NCBI GenBank assembly: GCA_016748015.1
Contig: JAAOMT010000468.1
Span: 434,001 to 498,000, forward strand
Origin: Geosiphon pyriformis uo1
Taxonomy: Eukaryota > Fungi > Glomeromycota
DNA length: 64,000 nucleotides
Direction of reading: 5' to 3'
This document shows, in pieces, positions 52,619 to 64,000 of the stretch. The notes under the pieces are model-generated. The model saw only the letters and a program-made list of their open reading frames with translations. It did no database searches and was not told the DNA's origin. Both the position numbers and the translations under genes were made by a program. Numbering within the stretch: the stretch's first letter is position 1; each line of letters starts with the position of its first letter.

Positions 52619-55600
52619 TTTTTATTTTTTTTTTATTTATTTATTTAACGAGTGAAATCCAAACACAACCTAGTGCTATACATCATACAAATGATCTAAA
52701 CTAGATATAAATCATGTGCTTTCTACATATGACCAGCCACTCGGGCCAGTCAGGACTACACTATACATCTATATGCACAAAAACCAAATTTCCAATACCT
52801 GAAAAAAATAGACAAAACCTACGAAACCCGAAACCAACTCCAAAAGCCTTAGCTACTCCCAGCAATCTAACCACACCAGCCAAAAACACCTTAGACAAAC
52901 CAGAAACTGAAACAGGAGTGAAGCTGTCATGCGGAATCAGACTGTGCTTTTCCATAAACACTCGGTGTCTGGTGCAAACCAATTAAATGTCATCCTAAAA
53001 TGCAAGACAGAATGCATACACAAAGCCCACAATCCTTTTAGTACCTTCATTAGAATCATTAAAAACCAAGACAGACTCATAAAACCACTTATCAAAAACA
53101 AAGCCTTTACACAGAGCAACACCAATTTCAACTTCAGAAACACAAGAAGCCAAAGCCTGTAAGACACAAGAAAAAGAACAAGACAGGCCAGAAAAAGCCT
53201 CCCAAGCTGAAGCATGAGTGCCTGACAAATGAGCACGGCCAACGGCATCCTGGGGACATGAAAAGACGTGATCCGAGATCTCAACATCACCACAGAACAG
53301 ACAGACCACACTGGGGTATCTCCTATCATACAAATGCTTGCGTATAGCAACAGGAAGCCGATGATAGAGAGCCTTCATAAAGTAAGTACAACAGCTAGCT
53401 GTATGCATGCTGGTAAAACCGGATGCCAAGTGAGAATCGGGGTGCTACACCATAAAAGACTTAGACCAATTAATATCAGCGCGCAACCTATCATCTACAA
53501 TATGAGAACCCACTCCAACCTCCCAACGAGCTCGATGAACTGACTGGAAAACATCACGAACAAAGTGTCTAGAATTACCAGAAACTGCCATACCACCAGC
53601 ACATAGAAAATGTTCATTGACTAAATGAGATAGGTGCCAAGCAGAAAGAGCAGCATCTTTAGCAAGTGCATCAACACGATCATTGCCTGAGACACCTAAA
53701 TGACCCTTCACCTTGACCCAATTCACATCCAAATTTTTCTGACAAATGACAGTAGTAATGTGACGACGCTCAATCCAACAGCGGTTCCTGAAATCTGGAC
53801 AAACCAGCGACAATTCCGACCTACACGTATCTAAAACAGCTTGGCTATCCAAGAACAAGTCAACCGAACGAGAAAAAGGAACACACTCAAGGACCAAAGC
53901 TATGGCTTGCAGCTCAGTCAGAGTAGAAGAAACCAAACCAGACACCCCAACACCCAAACCCAAGTTAATGTCCTTAAAAAAAACAGCAACACCCGCCCTC
54001 ACGTCAACAGATCCCAGACCAGAAAGAGATCCATCCATATACACAGAAAGGCGGGCAGCTTCAATGGTCAGCAAAGTGTCACGAACCACACCAAAATCAT
54101 GAGAAAAATGAATGTCAGACACAGCATGACCATCTGCCAAAGAAGAACTTGAGGAGAGAGGTACAACACCACCAAGAAAGCGAATGGAGAGATCAAACCA
54201 GAAAGGGACTGGGCCACGAGGGTCCAGCCTCTTCTAATGCTTGAAGGTTCTCCAACTGAAAACATCACCATTACAGTCACGAAGCTGTTCCATGAAAGCA
54301 ATCTCATAACACCTGAGCGAAAAAAAAACAGGAATCATCTAGAACCAAAGACATAGGAGTATCACACCGACAATGAAAAGCACAAGCCAGAGGGCCCCCC
54401 AAAGACAAATCACACCCGGAAAAAATACGGACCACACCAGCCAAAAAATTATTTGAGGGACTAACACCAACACAAGCCAGAAACAGTAAGGGATGACGAG
54501 GATGCCAGCTGAGAATCTGGAGGTTATGAGACCTATGTGAAAACAAGCAACCCAAGACACTAGTGGAATTTGCAAAAGCAATAATAGAGGCCGATTTACT
54601 CTCAGCCTGGATTTGTTCGAAAGTCTTTAGATTGTACAGAAAGGGATGATGAAGTGTATCACTGGAGAAATCACATGGCAACCCAGACTTGGACTTAAAG
54701 ATCTTGCATACCAAAGTGTCCTATTTACTACAAACACCCAAAGAAATGAAATTGAACTGAGTCCTGTAGCTGATGATAGGGAAAAGAACCACAGACACCA
54801 AATATGCATACTGTTTGTCCGAAATTGCCTTTCTCAAAACAAGATTCACAAAAAACTGTACATCAGCCTAAGCTTTAGCCAAACTAGACCTCAAAAGACC
54901 CCCAGAAGACAAAAAAATACCCAAATAGCGATGAGATTCCTCTTTCTTGGCAATAAAAATAGGCACGCCACTGATAGTTAAACGAAAGTCCAATACCTGA
55001 CAGTTGATAGAAATGGCTACTGTCTTGTCGTTATTCACAGAAATGTCATTGAACCTGAAAAACTCACTAGCAATATCAAGAATGTGTTGTATAACAGCCT
55101 GGCTACTACCAACCAAAATAGTATCATTGACGAAAGCACCAGCAGTAAGAAACAAAGTTAGTCTAGCACGAGAATCTACTCGGCCTGTTTTAGAAACAAA
55201 ATAAGAATTCAACTTGTAGTCCCATACACTCTCCTGCCTCTTGACCTCGCACAAAAGTAAATCATAAAAAATACGCCAGAGAAGAGGCGAGAAAACTTCT
55301 CCCTGATCCAGCCCATTGTGGACACAATACCCATCAGTTAAACCAAAGTCAGTCATTACTCTGTTGACGTGACCATTGTGAATACTGCCAAAAAATCTAA
55401 TAAACCTGTCACACATTTTGATCCTGACCAAACTCCTTCTAAGATGTTTCCAACCAACTGAGTCATAAGCCTTGCACATGTTCTGTAAAACCAGCCAAAG
55501 TTTACGGTTCTTCTTCAAGGCATCCTCAACCACAGAACCGACAGCAAAAATGAGAGACTGCATCATCGTACCTTTCAAAACTGAAAAATTGTCTCCACGA

Positions 55601-58600
55601 AGAACATCAAAAGTGCTGCAAGCCAAAGAGATCCTATCTAAAAGGATTTTGAAGAGAATCTTGTGGGCCGTTTCAATTAAAGCTATAGGACAGGTGTTTG
55701 TAAGAACTCCCTCCCAATCATATGGTTTAGGAATCATCGAGACCCAAGCTTCCCTCCAAGGCCCAGGAACCAATTTGCCAACCAGACAGAAATTTAAGAG
55801 CACCAAAAGCATATCCAAAACAGATTTGTCACAATGTTTTCACAATTCGTTGGAGATACCAAAAAAACCAGCCGCTTTTCCATTAGGAAGATTTTTAACA
55901 ACAGCTGACAACTCATCAAAACTAATCGAGCACATGACATCAGAGAAAGCACCATCAAACATGTAATTCAGAGGCTGAAATTGATGAACCCAATCCTTAG
56001 AGAAGTCAGACACCACCTCATGTTTTCTGGTCCATCTCTCCATAATTTTGTCCATCTTGGACTTAACCAAATCAGGCTCCAAAATCAACTCTTCTTTTAC
56101 AACCAGATGATTTAAGACCACCTTGCAAAAAAGATGCTTCAAAACATTTCTAATGGTGTGACCCTTGTTCAGCTCAAAACTCTCCATTCTTTTACCAATA
56201 GCCTGCTTGATTGAGGATTCTTCAGCACACTTGGATTCCAAAAATTTCAAAGAGCGGTATGATTTCCTTGCTTTGGCTAGCACAGAATGAATAATATCAA
56301 AATTAAAACCTGAAAAAAACAGAGACTTAATCTTTGATGCACCAGGAGAGTCAAGTCTGTGCCATACCTCCAACAAAGAAGCAAAACCATTACTTGAAGC
56401 CAAACACGAAGCCTTAACCAACTTAAAAACCAGCAGCTCCAGTTTGTGAAACCTAGAAGAAGTCCTAGTAAACACGCCGTCAAAACCTTTGAACCATTTT
56501 TTCTTGAATGTACTATCCGCTGAAAGAACCATGATTTTGCGAACAATATCCCACATAGTGTCCACATCTGAAAATCTCACTGCCACATCAAAAGCATCTG
56601 AGAACATAGAGACATTAGCAGCTGAAGCATCCTTGAACTCCAACCACCTAGCATCATCGGCACCTTTGACGTCAAACTTCTAACAATCTCTATTCGCCTG
56701 CTTGCGAAGAGAATTCAAGCGCATATCCAAGAGCCCGCCCAAACCCAAATTCACTGAAACAGCTTGATGGTCTGTGTCAAAATGCTCACTGACATTCAAA
56801 ACCTTATGATGCACTATTGCATTGACAAGACATGAGGAGACAAACACATAATCAATTACTTTCGTAACACCCTTAAAATTTTCCCAAGTGGACATTTTCG
56901 CAGCCGGGCTACCAACTAAAGAATTGACCAGACCCAAATCAAAATATCTTTTGAAACTTGCACTTTTATGAGAACTGTCTTCATTAAAATCACCTCTGAG
57001 AATGACGAAAGAAGATTCATTAACAGCCTTTGCAATAAGAGAATTAATCTCATCAGCCTGAGAAAACTGTACCACCGAAGAAGTACCAGTGTAGAGCCCC
57101 AGAATTGACACTGAGAGCTTATTCTTAAAAAGCAATCTAACAGACAAGAGCCGACCAGGCACTTCAGAAACTCTACACACATGCCTTGCCAAAGAAAAGT
57201 CCATAACAACTGCCACATCAGCACCCAGATAACCAGAATCCAAACCAGAGGAAAACACCCAAACACCATCAAACTTGTTGGCGATCCAGAGACGAATCTT
57301 ATCTCTCAACTTTGTCTCAGTAAAAATAGAAACCAAATTTCCCATGTTCTTGTGCCAACGAACTATATCTTCTTGTTTCGCAGGAATGTTCATGCCTCGA
57401 ACATTACACATAGCAACCTTCCAAATCAAACCAGTCATTGAGAAGATGAGAAAACCGAAGAACCCAAATCAGAATACAACATATCCAGCCTTGCCAAAAC
57501 TGAGCCGATTGATGCATCTAAAGCCATCAACTTTGACTCTAAACCACCAACCTTGGCAGTTAGAACCTTCAAACTACTGGAACCAAAATCAAGATTAATA
57601 TCATCAACAATAGGGCAAAGAGAAGGAGAGGTCACCAACGGAACATCCAGTGCCATATCCAAATCCACGCATGAGGCCAGAGAAGCAGACACAACGGAAT
57701 GAGAGGTGAGAAAAAAAGACTCCGAAGATACCACCTCAACACAACTCAGCTTCTTTGCAATGACAGAAACTCGGTCTGTCAAAAACTCCAAAGAGCATTC
57801 CAAAAATGCCAGCCGACTGTATAAACTAGAGATATTAAAAGGGGAGGATTCTACTGAGGCAGATTCTGCACCGAAACTTGCACCAACAAAAAAAGAACCC
57901 AAAGAAACCACACGAGAGGAAGTGCTACTAGCAACTTGGGCCCATGTCTTGCCACCAAAGGAAACTGGGTAAGTGATAGGAGCCTGCTTTCTCCTATATA
58001 CATTAGCCAGACAAACCCGATCCTGAGAAGTTACCACCTGTCTACTGCAAGCACCAGAATTCTTACTCATAGAACAAATATCAGAAACATGACTGAATTG
58101 TTTGTACACTGTACAACAAGCTAAAGATAGACCAGCCCAATGCAAACTTACACCCTTGAAAACCAGAACCGAACCAATAGCAGCCAACTTGGATGCCTCA
58201 CTCTCAAAACAGACCACAGCACACTGATCATGAACATATGAAGATGGATTACAGCCAATAAAACAAGTTTTCCCATCATAAGCCCCCACCAATTCAGACA
58301 AATCATGGGCAGTGGTGCCAACTGAAAGAGTGTAAAGCAATGCCCAATGCTGATCCCTAAATATCCACGTTTGTTTATCATCAATAGCCTTTGTCACACG
58401 AACAGAATCTTTTCCCACCAAAACAGACCATCTAGCTGCGACCAAATCGGCCATCTCCAATAACTCAAATTCTACTAGGGCCTTTTGCCAAAGACCAATA
58501 AGCTGCATCTTGATTGATACAATTTTTCCAAATTTAGAAAACACTGTCTCAACTGCAGATTTGGGAAGATCAACAGGGATCTCCTTGATTATCACCTTCT

Positions 58601-58939
58601 GATCTGAATGACTGTTTACCTTTCTGAGATCATTATTTACCATGATTTTTTCACAGATCACCAACTCTCTGACCTTAACCAAACTAGACTCATTCGTGAA
58701 AGTTGATCTAATGACTCCAGGAAATTTTGAGGGAGTTGAAGCACCCCCAAAACCGTCAATTTTATAAAAAATCTTTTTGATCTTAAATAGCTTATCACTA
58801 TTTAACTTTTCAGGCACAGCTGACAACTCCACATCCAAAGCAAAAGATTTTACTGGCTCGAAACGATGACACTCTAAACCACGTGACTTGGGCGGCGGCA
58901 ACTGATTGGACTCAACAAACGTGTAAGGAGGAAGCTTCA
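52619..58939 (-). mobile_element. Long 5'-truncated LINE (partial ORF1 57435-58939, ORF2 57438-52761); least decayed long copy
   Basis: CNVRG, TETK, GDFN, IDY, TDH (APE); RT; RNase H; candidate TSD ATAATTAATAAT at 52607-52618 and 58940-58951. Confidence 0.94.
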
Positions 58940-60349
58940 ATAATTAATAATACAAATTTTTTTACTTAATTTATTAAAAAAATTATTAAAATTATAAACA
59001 AAATTTTTTTTTTGATAAATTAAATATACAAAGTTTAAAACTTATTTTTTGTTTTACATATTTTAATTTTTAATAATTTTAATTGTATAAACAGAATTCT
59101 TATTAATTAATATTAATTATTTGAAAATTAATTTATTAATTTAATCCAATTTGGTAAATTTTATTATAGTTTTTTACTATAATTTAATTAATTAATTATA
59201 ATTAAATTAACATAATTTTATTAAACTTAAACAAAACTAAAAATTTTTTTTAATAATTATTATTTAATCTAAATATATATTCAGTTTTTTGAAATTATTA
59301 TTTACCGAAATATTTTTATTAATAGTTAATAATATAATTTTAATCAAACCAAATTTAATAATAAATATAAATTTAATAATTTTCTTAAAATTTTAAAAAA
59401 ATGAAAACTTTTTTAAAATTATTTATAAATAAAAATAATTAAAAAATTATTTACACTTTTTTCATAAAATTTTTTTTTTAAAAACCAAATAATTAATATA
59501 ATAACTTTTGACTTTTTTTAATTATTATAAGAATAGATTAATTAAATTTTAATACAATAAAAAAAGCAAAAAAAAAAAAAATCTTTTTATTCTTAATATT
59601 ATAACTAATTATATTCAATCAATTTGTTAATATTTATTTATTTTGTTTTAAAAGTATTAATTTAAGAATTTAAGAAAGTTTTGTTTTTATTGTCAATTTT
59701 AAATTTATTATTTGTCATCATAGATTTTTTAAACTCAAACTTTGTATTGGTTTTTATATTCAAAGATAATAATCTGCTTAGAAAAAGATTTGTTTTATTA
59801 TTAGAATTTTTTTTATCTTTTTTGTATATTATAGCATATGATTATAAATTATATACAGCCAACGTCTAATGGACGGAAATTAGTTGGGCTACACCGCAAA
59901 AAATATATATACAGCTTTTAATAAATTGTTTAATAAAAAATTTGAACATTGAATGATTATATTGTATTTCATTATTCACCGATTTATGTTGTGATTTTAA
60001 TTTTTGGAAAAATATTTTTATTGTAATAAATATTCTTGAAATTAACAATACGCATTGAAAAATATTATTATGTTCAAGGTAATAAAGTCTCATTTCACAA
60101 TAATAATAATAATAATAATCAAAGGTAGAATTCAAAATGTATATATATTCTAAAAAAAAAAACATTAAATCAAAAATAACAAAAATGGTTTTGTATAATT
60201 ATAACGGTCTTTGCATATAAATAAACTATCTTTATAGAGCAAAATTTTTGAGGCTTTCCCCCACCACCCTCACGTACTACAAAAGTATCTAAAGCTCTTT
60301 AGTTAAATTTGGTCACTTGCCTGGAGACCTTTTTGTTTCGCTAAATCAT

Positions 60350-61987
60350 TCAGTTTAGGTGTTTTTGCATCCATCCAGTGACCTGATCGAAAACCACCAA
60401 CAGAATTCCTCCACCAGGGCCAAGACGAAGAACTTTTGGAACAAATCCTTTATAAAGAGCTCGAAACCTGTGAGAAGTGTAAACTTATTATATATTCTTT
60501 AAAGAATACTTTAGTAACTTGATTTAAAAAATAAACATTGAATTTACCCTTCTTCTTGAGCAACAGTTTTAATCGCTGGTAAAGCCCAATTGTATTTTCG
60601 AACAAGTCCGGAATCATTTTGAACTCGTGTTTTTACGACATCAAAAGGAGTGTTTATGATCGTCCCAACGGTTCCTCCGAGTCCACCAGCAATAAAATTA
60701 TTTTTCAATTCATCTTTTTTGGTCTAATGTTAAAATAATTTCATTAAAATATGTTTGTTTTTGATAGATTGTCAATTTATATTTACCTCAGCCTTAGGAA
60801 GGCTTTTTCTAACACTATGAATGACCCCAAAATAACCACCATTCCATGTTGCATGACGCCATATAGTCGCTTCTAGGCCATTGAATAGGGCAAATGGGCC
60901 TATAAAAAGTCATCAAGAATCGAAGGAGAGATTAATATATATATTTTGAAGTTCTCAGATGATTCTATAATTCACCTTCTTGTCGGATAATTTTGGCTAA
61001 CGCATCCCAGGTACCACTATATTTTCCCGCCTATTTAGGAGTGGTGAACGATAAACTAGATGTTTTTTTTTTTTAATAAACAAACAAAATCTGATCGGAA
61101 TTTATACATTGTTCTTATCCTGAAGACGAATTTTAACAAGTTCAAACGGTACGATTACTATTGCCTCCGTACACCCTGAACTAATGCCTGATGCAATTGA
61201 CATCCCTTGGGACATTTTCGAGGTTCCATAAAACTGCTTCAAGATATTCGAATATTGTTCATTGGCTGAAAATTTTATGGCACGTTTTGGTGCCTCTACT
61301 AGAATTGGGGGGAGTATACCTCGGTAAAGTCGGCCAAATCTACAATAAAATCATTGAATGATAAAGAATCAGCATAATGAAAAGAAATTCTGGGTTTGAG
61401 GGACTCACCCTTCATTTTTGATGATCTTCTTAAAGCAATCCAAGATCGAAGTATAAGATTCACCAACACCGGTGACCTGTAATTGAAAACGTGTCTTCAC
61501 GACTAAAATTCCGGAATGTTAGCGTATAGTATTAATTGAAGGAAAAGTTTATCGACAGAAATGAAAAAAAAAATTATATATAAAGTTACCATCAAGCGGA
61601 TACCTGAGAATGAGAAGGAGGATTAAAAAAGAGAGATAAATGGTGAATGATCAGGAATTCAAGAGAATTAAAAAATAGTTAAAAAATTATTCATAATGGC
61701 CTTATTGTTAAAAACTCACATGATAAGAATTTCGCTTACACCCGCTATTCCACCCGCGGTAAATTGGTACAAGAAAGGAAGCGCTAATAATAATAGTAAT
61801 AGTAATAATCAAAAGTAGGGAAATTCTGATGGTAAGTAAAAGGAATATTTTACAAAAGCGAGGTGATACATAATTTATTTTAAAGAAAGTTTATAAACGC
61901 AAAGATAAACTTGAAGAGCAAGAGGATAATTTGTAAAGTCAATAAAAATAGGGTTAACAAACGTTTGTTTGAAGCGTTGGAAGACAT
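60350..61987 (-). CDS. ODC1: Mitochondrial 2-oxodicarboxylate carrier (SLC25A21/ODC family), multi-exon
   Basis: AGGIAGVSEILIMYPLDVVKTRFQLQ, PPILVEAPKRAIKF, VPFELVKIRLQD, WRHATWNGGYFG, NTPFDVVKTRVQ, KVLRLGPGGGILL. Exons join in frame, including a 14-nt exon. Confidence 0.92.
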
Positions 61988-62214
61988 TCCGGTTTTTGCA
62001 TATAAAGTTAGAAACCAAGAAAAAATTTTTCACTGATCAGTGATCATCAAAAAGTGGCGTGATTAGTGATATAGTAAAAGGAGATGATTATCCTTTTTAT
62101 CAAAGACGCGACGCTTATTTTGAATGTTATTCGTACAAATCTCTTATCATAAATAGGTTTTACTTTGATTTTGTTACCTTGAAATTTATTTTTCGTAATT
62201 CCAGTCACTTTAAA

Positions 62215-62566
62215 ATGGCACAACAAGAAGGATCGAAAAACCCTTTTTATGAAACTTCCATTTTTACCACTCAGACAGAACAGTTAACACAGAAAGTATC
62301 TAAAGGGAATGTGAGTTCTGAAATAAGGACTCCAATTATTAGTTTATACCCACCACCAGTACGTGTGGGGTAAGTAGATAAAAAAAATATTTGATTATTT
62401 TATAATAACATATAATCTATTAAAAATTATTCGGGTTATAAAACTGAATTTCATATATTGATATTATTTTTGCTTGATCAAATAGAATCCAATCTCCAAC
62501 TGACAACATCTTATCTCCTTGTTCGGCAAAATTACAAGCAAAGAAAACCAAAACTTTTAATAAAGC
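62215..62566 (+). CDS. Spo12-family protein, first two exons (3' end in or after the gap)
   Basis: Exon 2 (62486-62566) encodes SPTDNILSPCSAKL, the Spo12 motif; a phase-compatible GT-AG intron links it to exon 1. Confidence 0.75.
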
Positions 62567-62633
62567 GTGAGTAAAATTCATATTTGATCGAAAGTTCAAG
62601 ATCGAAATATAATATAATTTATTAAGGGATAAT

Positions 62634-62675
<42 letters not shown>

Positions 62676-63286
62676 NNNNNNNNNNNNNNNNNNNNNNNNN
62701 NNNNNNNNNNNNNNNNNNNNNNNNNNNNNNNNNNNNNNNNNNNNNNNNNNNNNNNNNNNNNNNNNNNNNNNNNNNNNNNNNNNNNNNNNNNNNNNNNNNN
62801 NNNNNNNNNNNNNNNNNNNNNNNNNNNNNNNNNNNNNNNNNNNNNNNNNNNNNNNNNNNNNNNNNNNNNNNNNNNNNNNNNNNNNNNNNNNNNNNNNNNN
62901 NNNNNNNNNNNNNNNNNNNNNNNNNNNNNNNNNNNNNNNNNNNNNNNNNNNNNNNNNNNNNNNNNNNNNNNNNNNNNNNNNNNNNNNNNNNNNNNNNNNN
63001 NNNNNNNNNNNNNNNNNNNNNNNNNNNNNNNNNNNNNNNNNNNNNNNNNNNNNNNNNNNNNNNNNNNNNNNNNNNNNNNNNNNNNNNNNNNNNNNNNNNN
63101 NNNNNNNNNNNNNNNNNNNNNNNNNNNNNNNNNNNNNNNNNNNNNNNNNNNNNNNNNNNNNNNNNNNNNNNNNNNNNNNNNNNNNNNNNNNNNNNNNNNN
63201 NNNNNNNNNNNNNNNNNNNNNNNNNNNNNNNNNNNNNNNNNNNNNNNNNNNNNNNNNNNNNNNNNNNNNNNNNNNNNNNNNNNNNN
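62676..63286. other. Assembly gap flanked by poly(T) and poly(A)
   Basis: Run of N. Confidence 0.99.
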
Positions 63287-63299
63287 AGAAACAATAAAG

Positions 63300-63352
<53 letters not shown>

Positions 63353-63855
63353 ATTCGGAATCAGGGTTCAACAATGTGACTATGACGAATTTTTCTATAT
63401 CCTCAAATTGATCTTAATTGTGTGTATGTGTGTGTGTGTGCATACTTCCTTTTTTAAAAGTTTAAACTATCAGAGCTCGAAACTTTCAAAACAAATAATA
63501 AATTGAATATCATTCCAACTATTTTAAGAGAGATTTGCAAATGAAAAATTTCAAGGCAATTTACTGGAATAGTCTCAGGAAACGAAAATTTGGTTCAAAT
63601 TTTTGTTATCACCTTACAAAGTAAATAAAATAAATGATCGATAGAGCTATCGTTAAATTTCTGAACTAATGTACACGTCCAATCAAAATTCTCCAGCAAT
63701 TTTTTTAATTACAATAGGTGACACATACACACATATTAACGTGATTATTATTATTATTATCTACTATTTTTTTCCCTTCTCGTTTCTTACAACAACAACA
63801 AAAAAATAGGAAGCTCAAATTCACAACTTTTTCTTTTTGAAGGATTTTTAGGATA

Positions 63856-64000
63856 ATGTTTTCCCTTAAAAAAATTTATCTTTTTTGGGTTAGTTTCATT
63901 ATTTGGACTTTATTTCATGTCGCTTTTGAATGTGAAGGAGCTGTGATGGCCATAGACTATGGGACAGAATGGTTCAAAGTGGCCCTGGTAAAATCTGGTG
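63856..64000 (+). CDS. LHS1: ER Hsp70-family nucleotide exchange factor (Lhs1/Grp170), N-terminus only
   Basis: Signal peptide followed by AVMAIDYGTEWFKVALVKSG. Confidence 0.8.
   Translation, partial: MFSLKKIYLFWVSFIIWTLFHVAFECEGAVMAIDYGTEWFKVALVKSG

Noticed and set aside
59681-60165. Short ORFs in AT-rich DNA (also 11804-12019 and 52102-52305)
   Set aside because: Low-complexity F/L/I/K/N composition with no homology signal.
62596-63374. Long ORFs across the gap
   Set aside because: Artefacts of N runs and homopolymers.

Overview
AT-rich eukaryotic (fungal) genomic DNA, most likely Glomeromycotina; the retroelement proteins resemble those I associate with Geosiphon pyriformis (inference, not checked by search). 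About two thirds of the window is decayed retroelements set in ~90% AT spacers. These are: (i) APE-RT-RNaseH LINEs (two full-length, one long 5'-truncated, three fragments); (ii) two 'half-LINE' elements that carry only an ORF1-like gene; (iii) a three-layer nest LINE > Gypsy B > Gypsy C plus a chimeric solo LTR. Gypsy C has an unusual pol (PR - Cys-rich domain - dUTPase - dUTPase-like - RT - RH - IN) and an extra ORF3 that is conserved in Gypsy B. Host genes: an intronless secreted alpha/beta hydrolase, alpha-actinin, CPA1 (with a spliced arginine-attenuator uORF), a mitochondrial oxodicarboxylate carrier, a Spo12-family gene running into an assembly gap, and the start of an Lhs1/Grp170 Hsp70. 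Main observations: (1) a ~120-nt structured 3' RNA element (four-way junction plus loop/3'-tail pseudoknot, with compensatory changes) shared by eight LINE and half-LINE copies; (2) a near transition-only C>T/G>A decay that is not confined to CpG and spares ApC/ACCA; (3) 4-bp LTR target duplications that revert to CpG-centred sites; (4) the AAP uORF. All alignments, folds and counts were done by eye.
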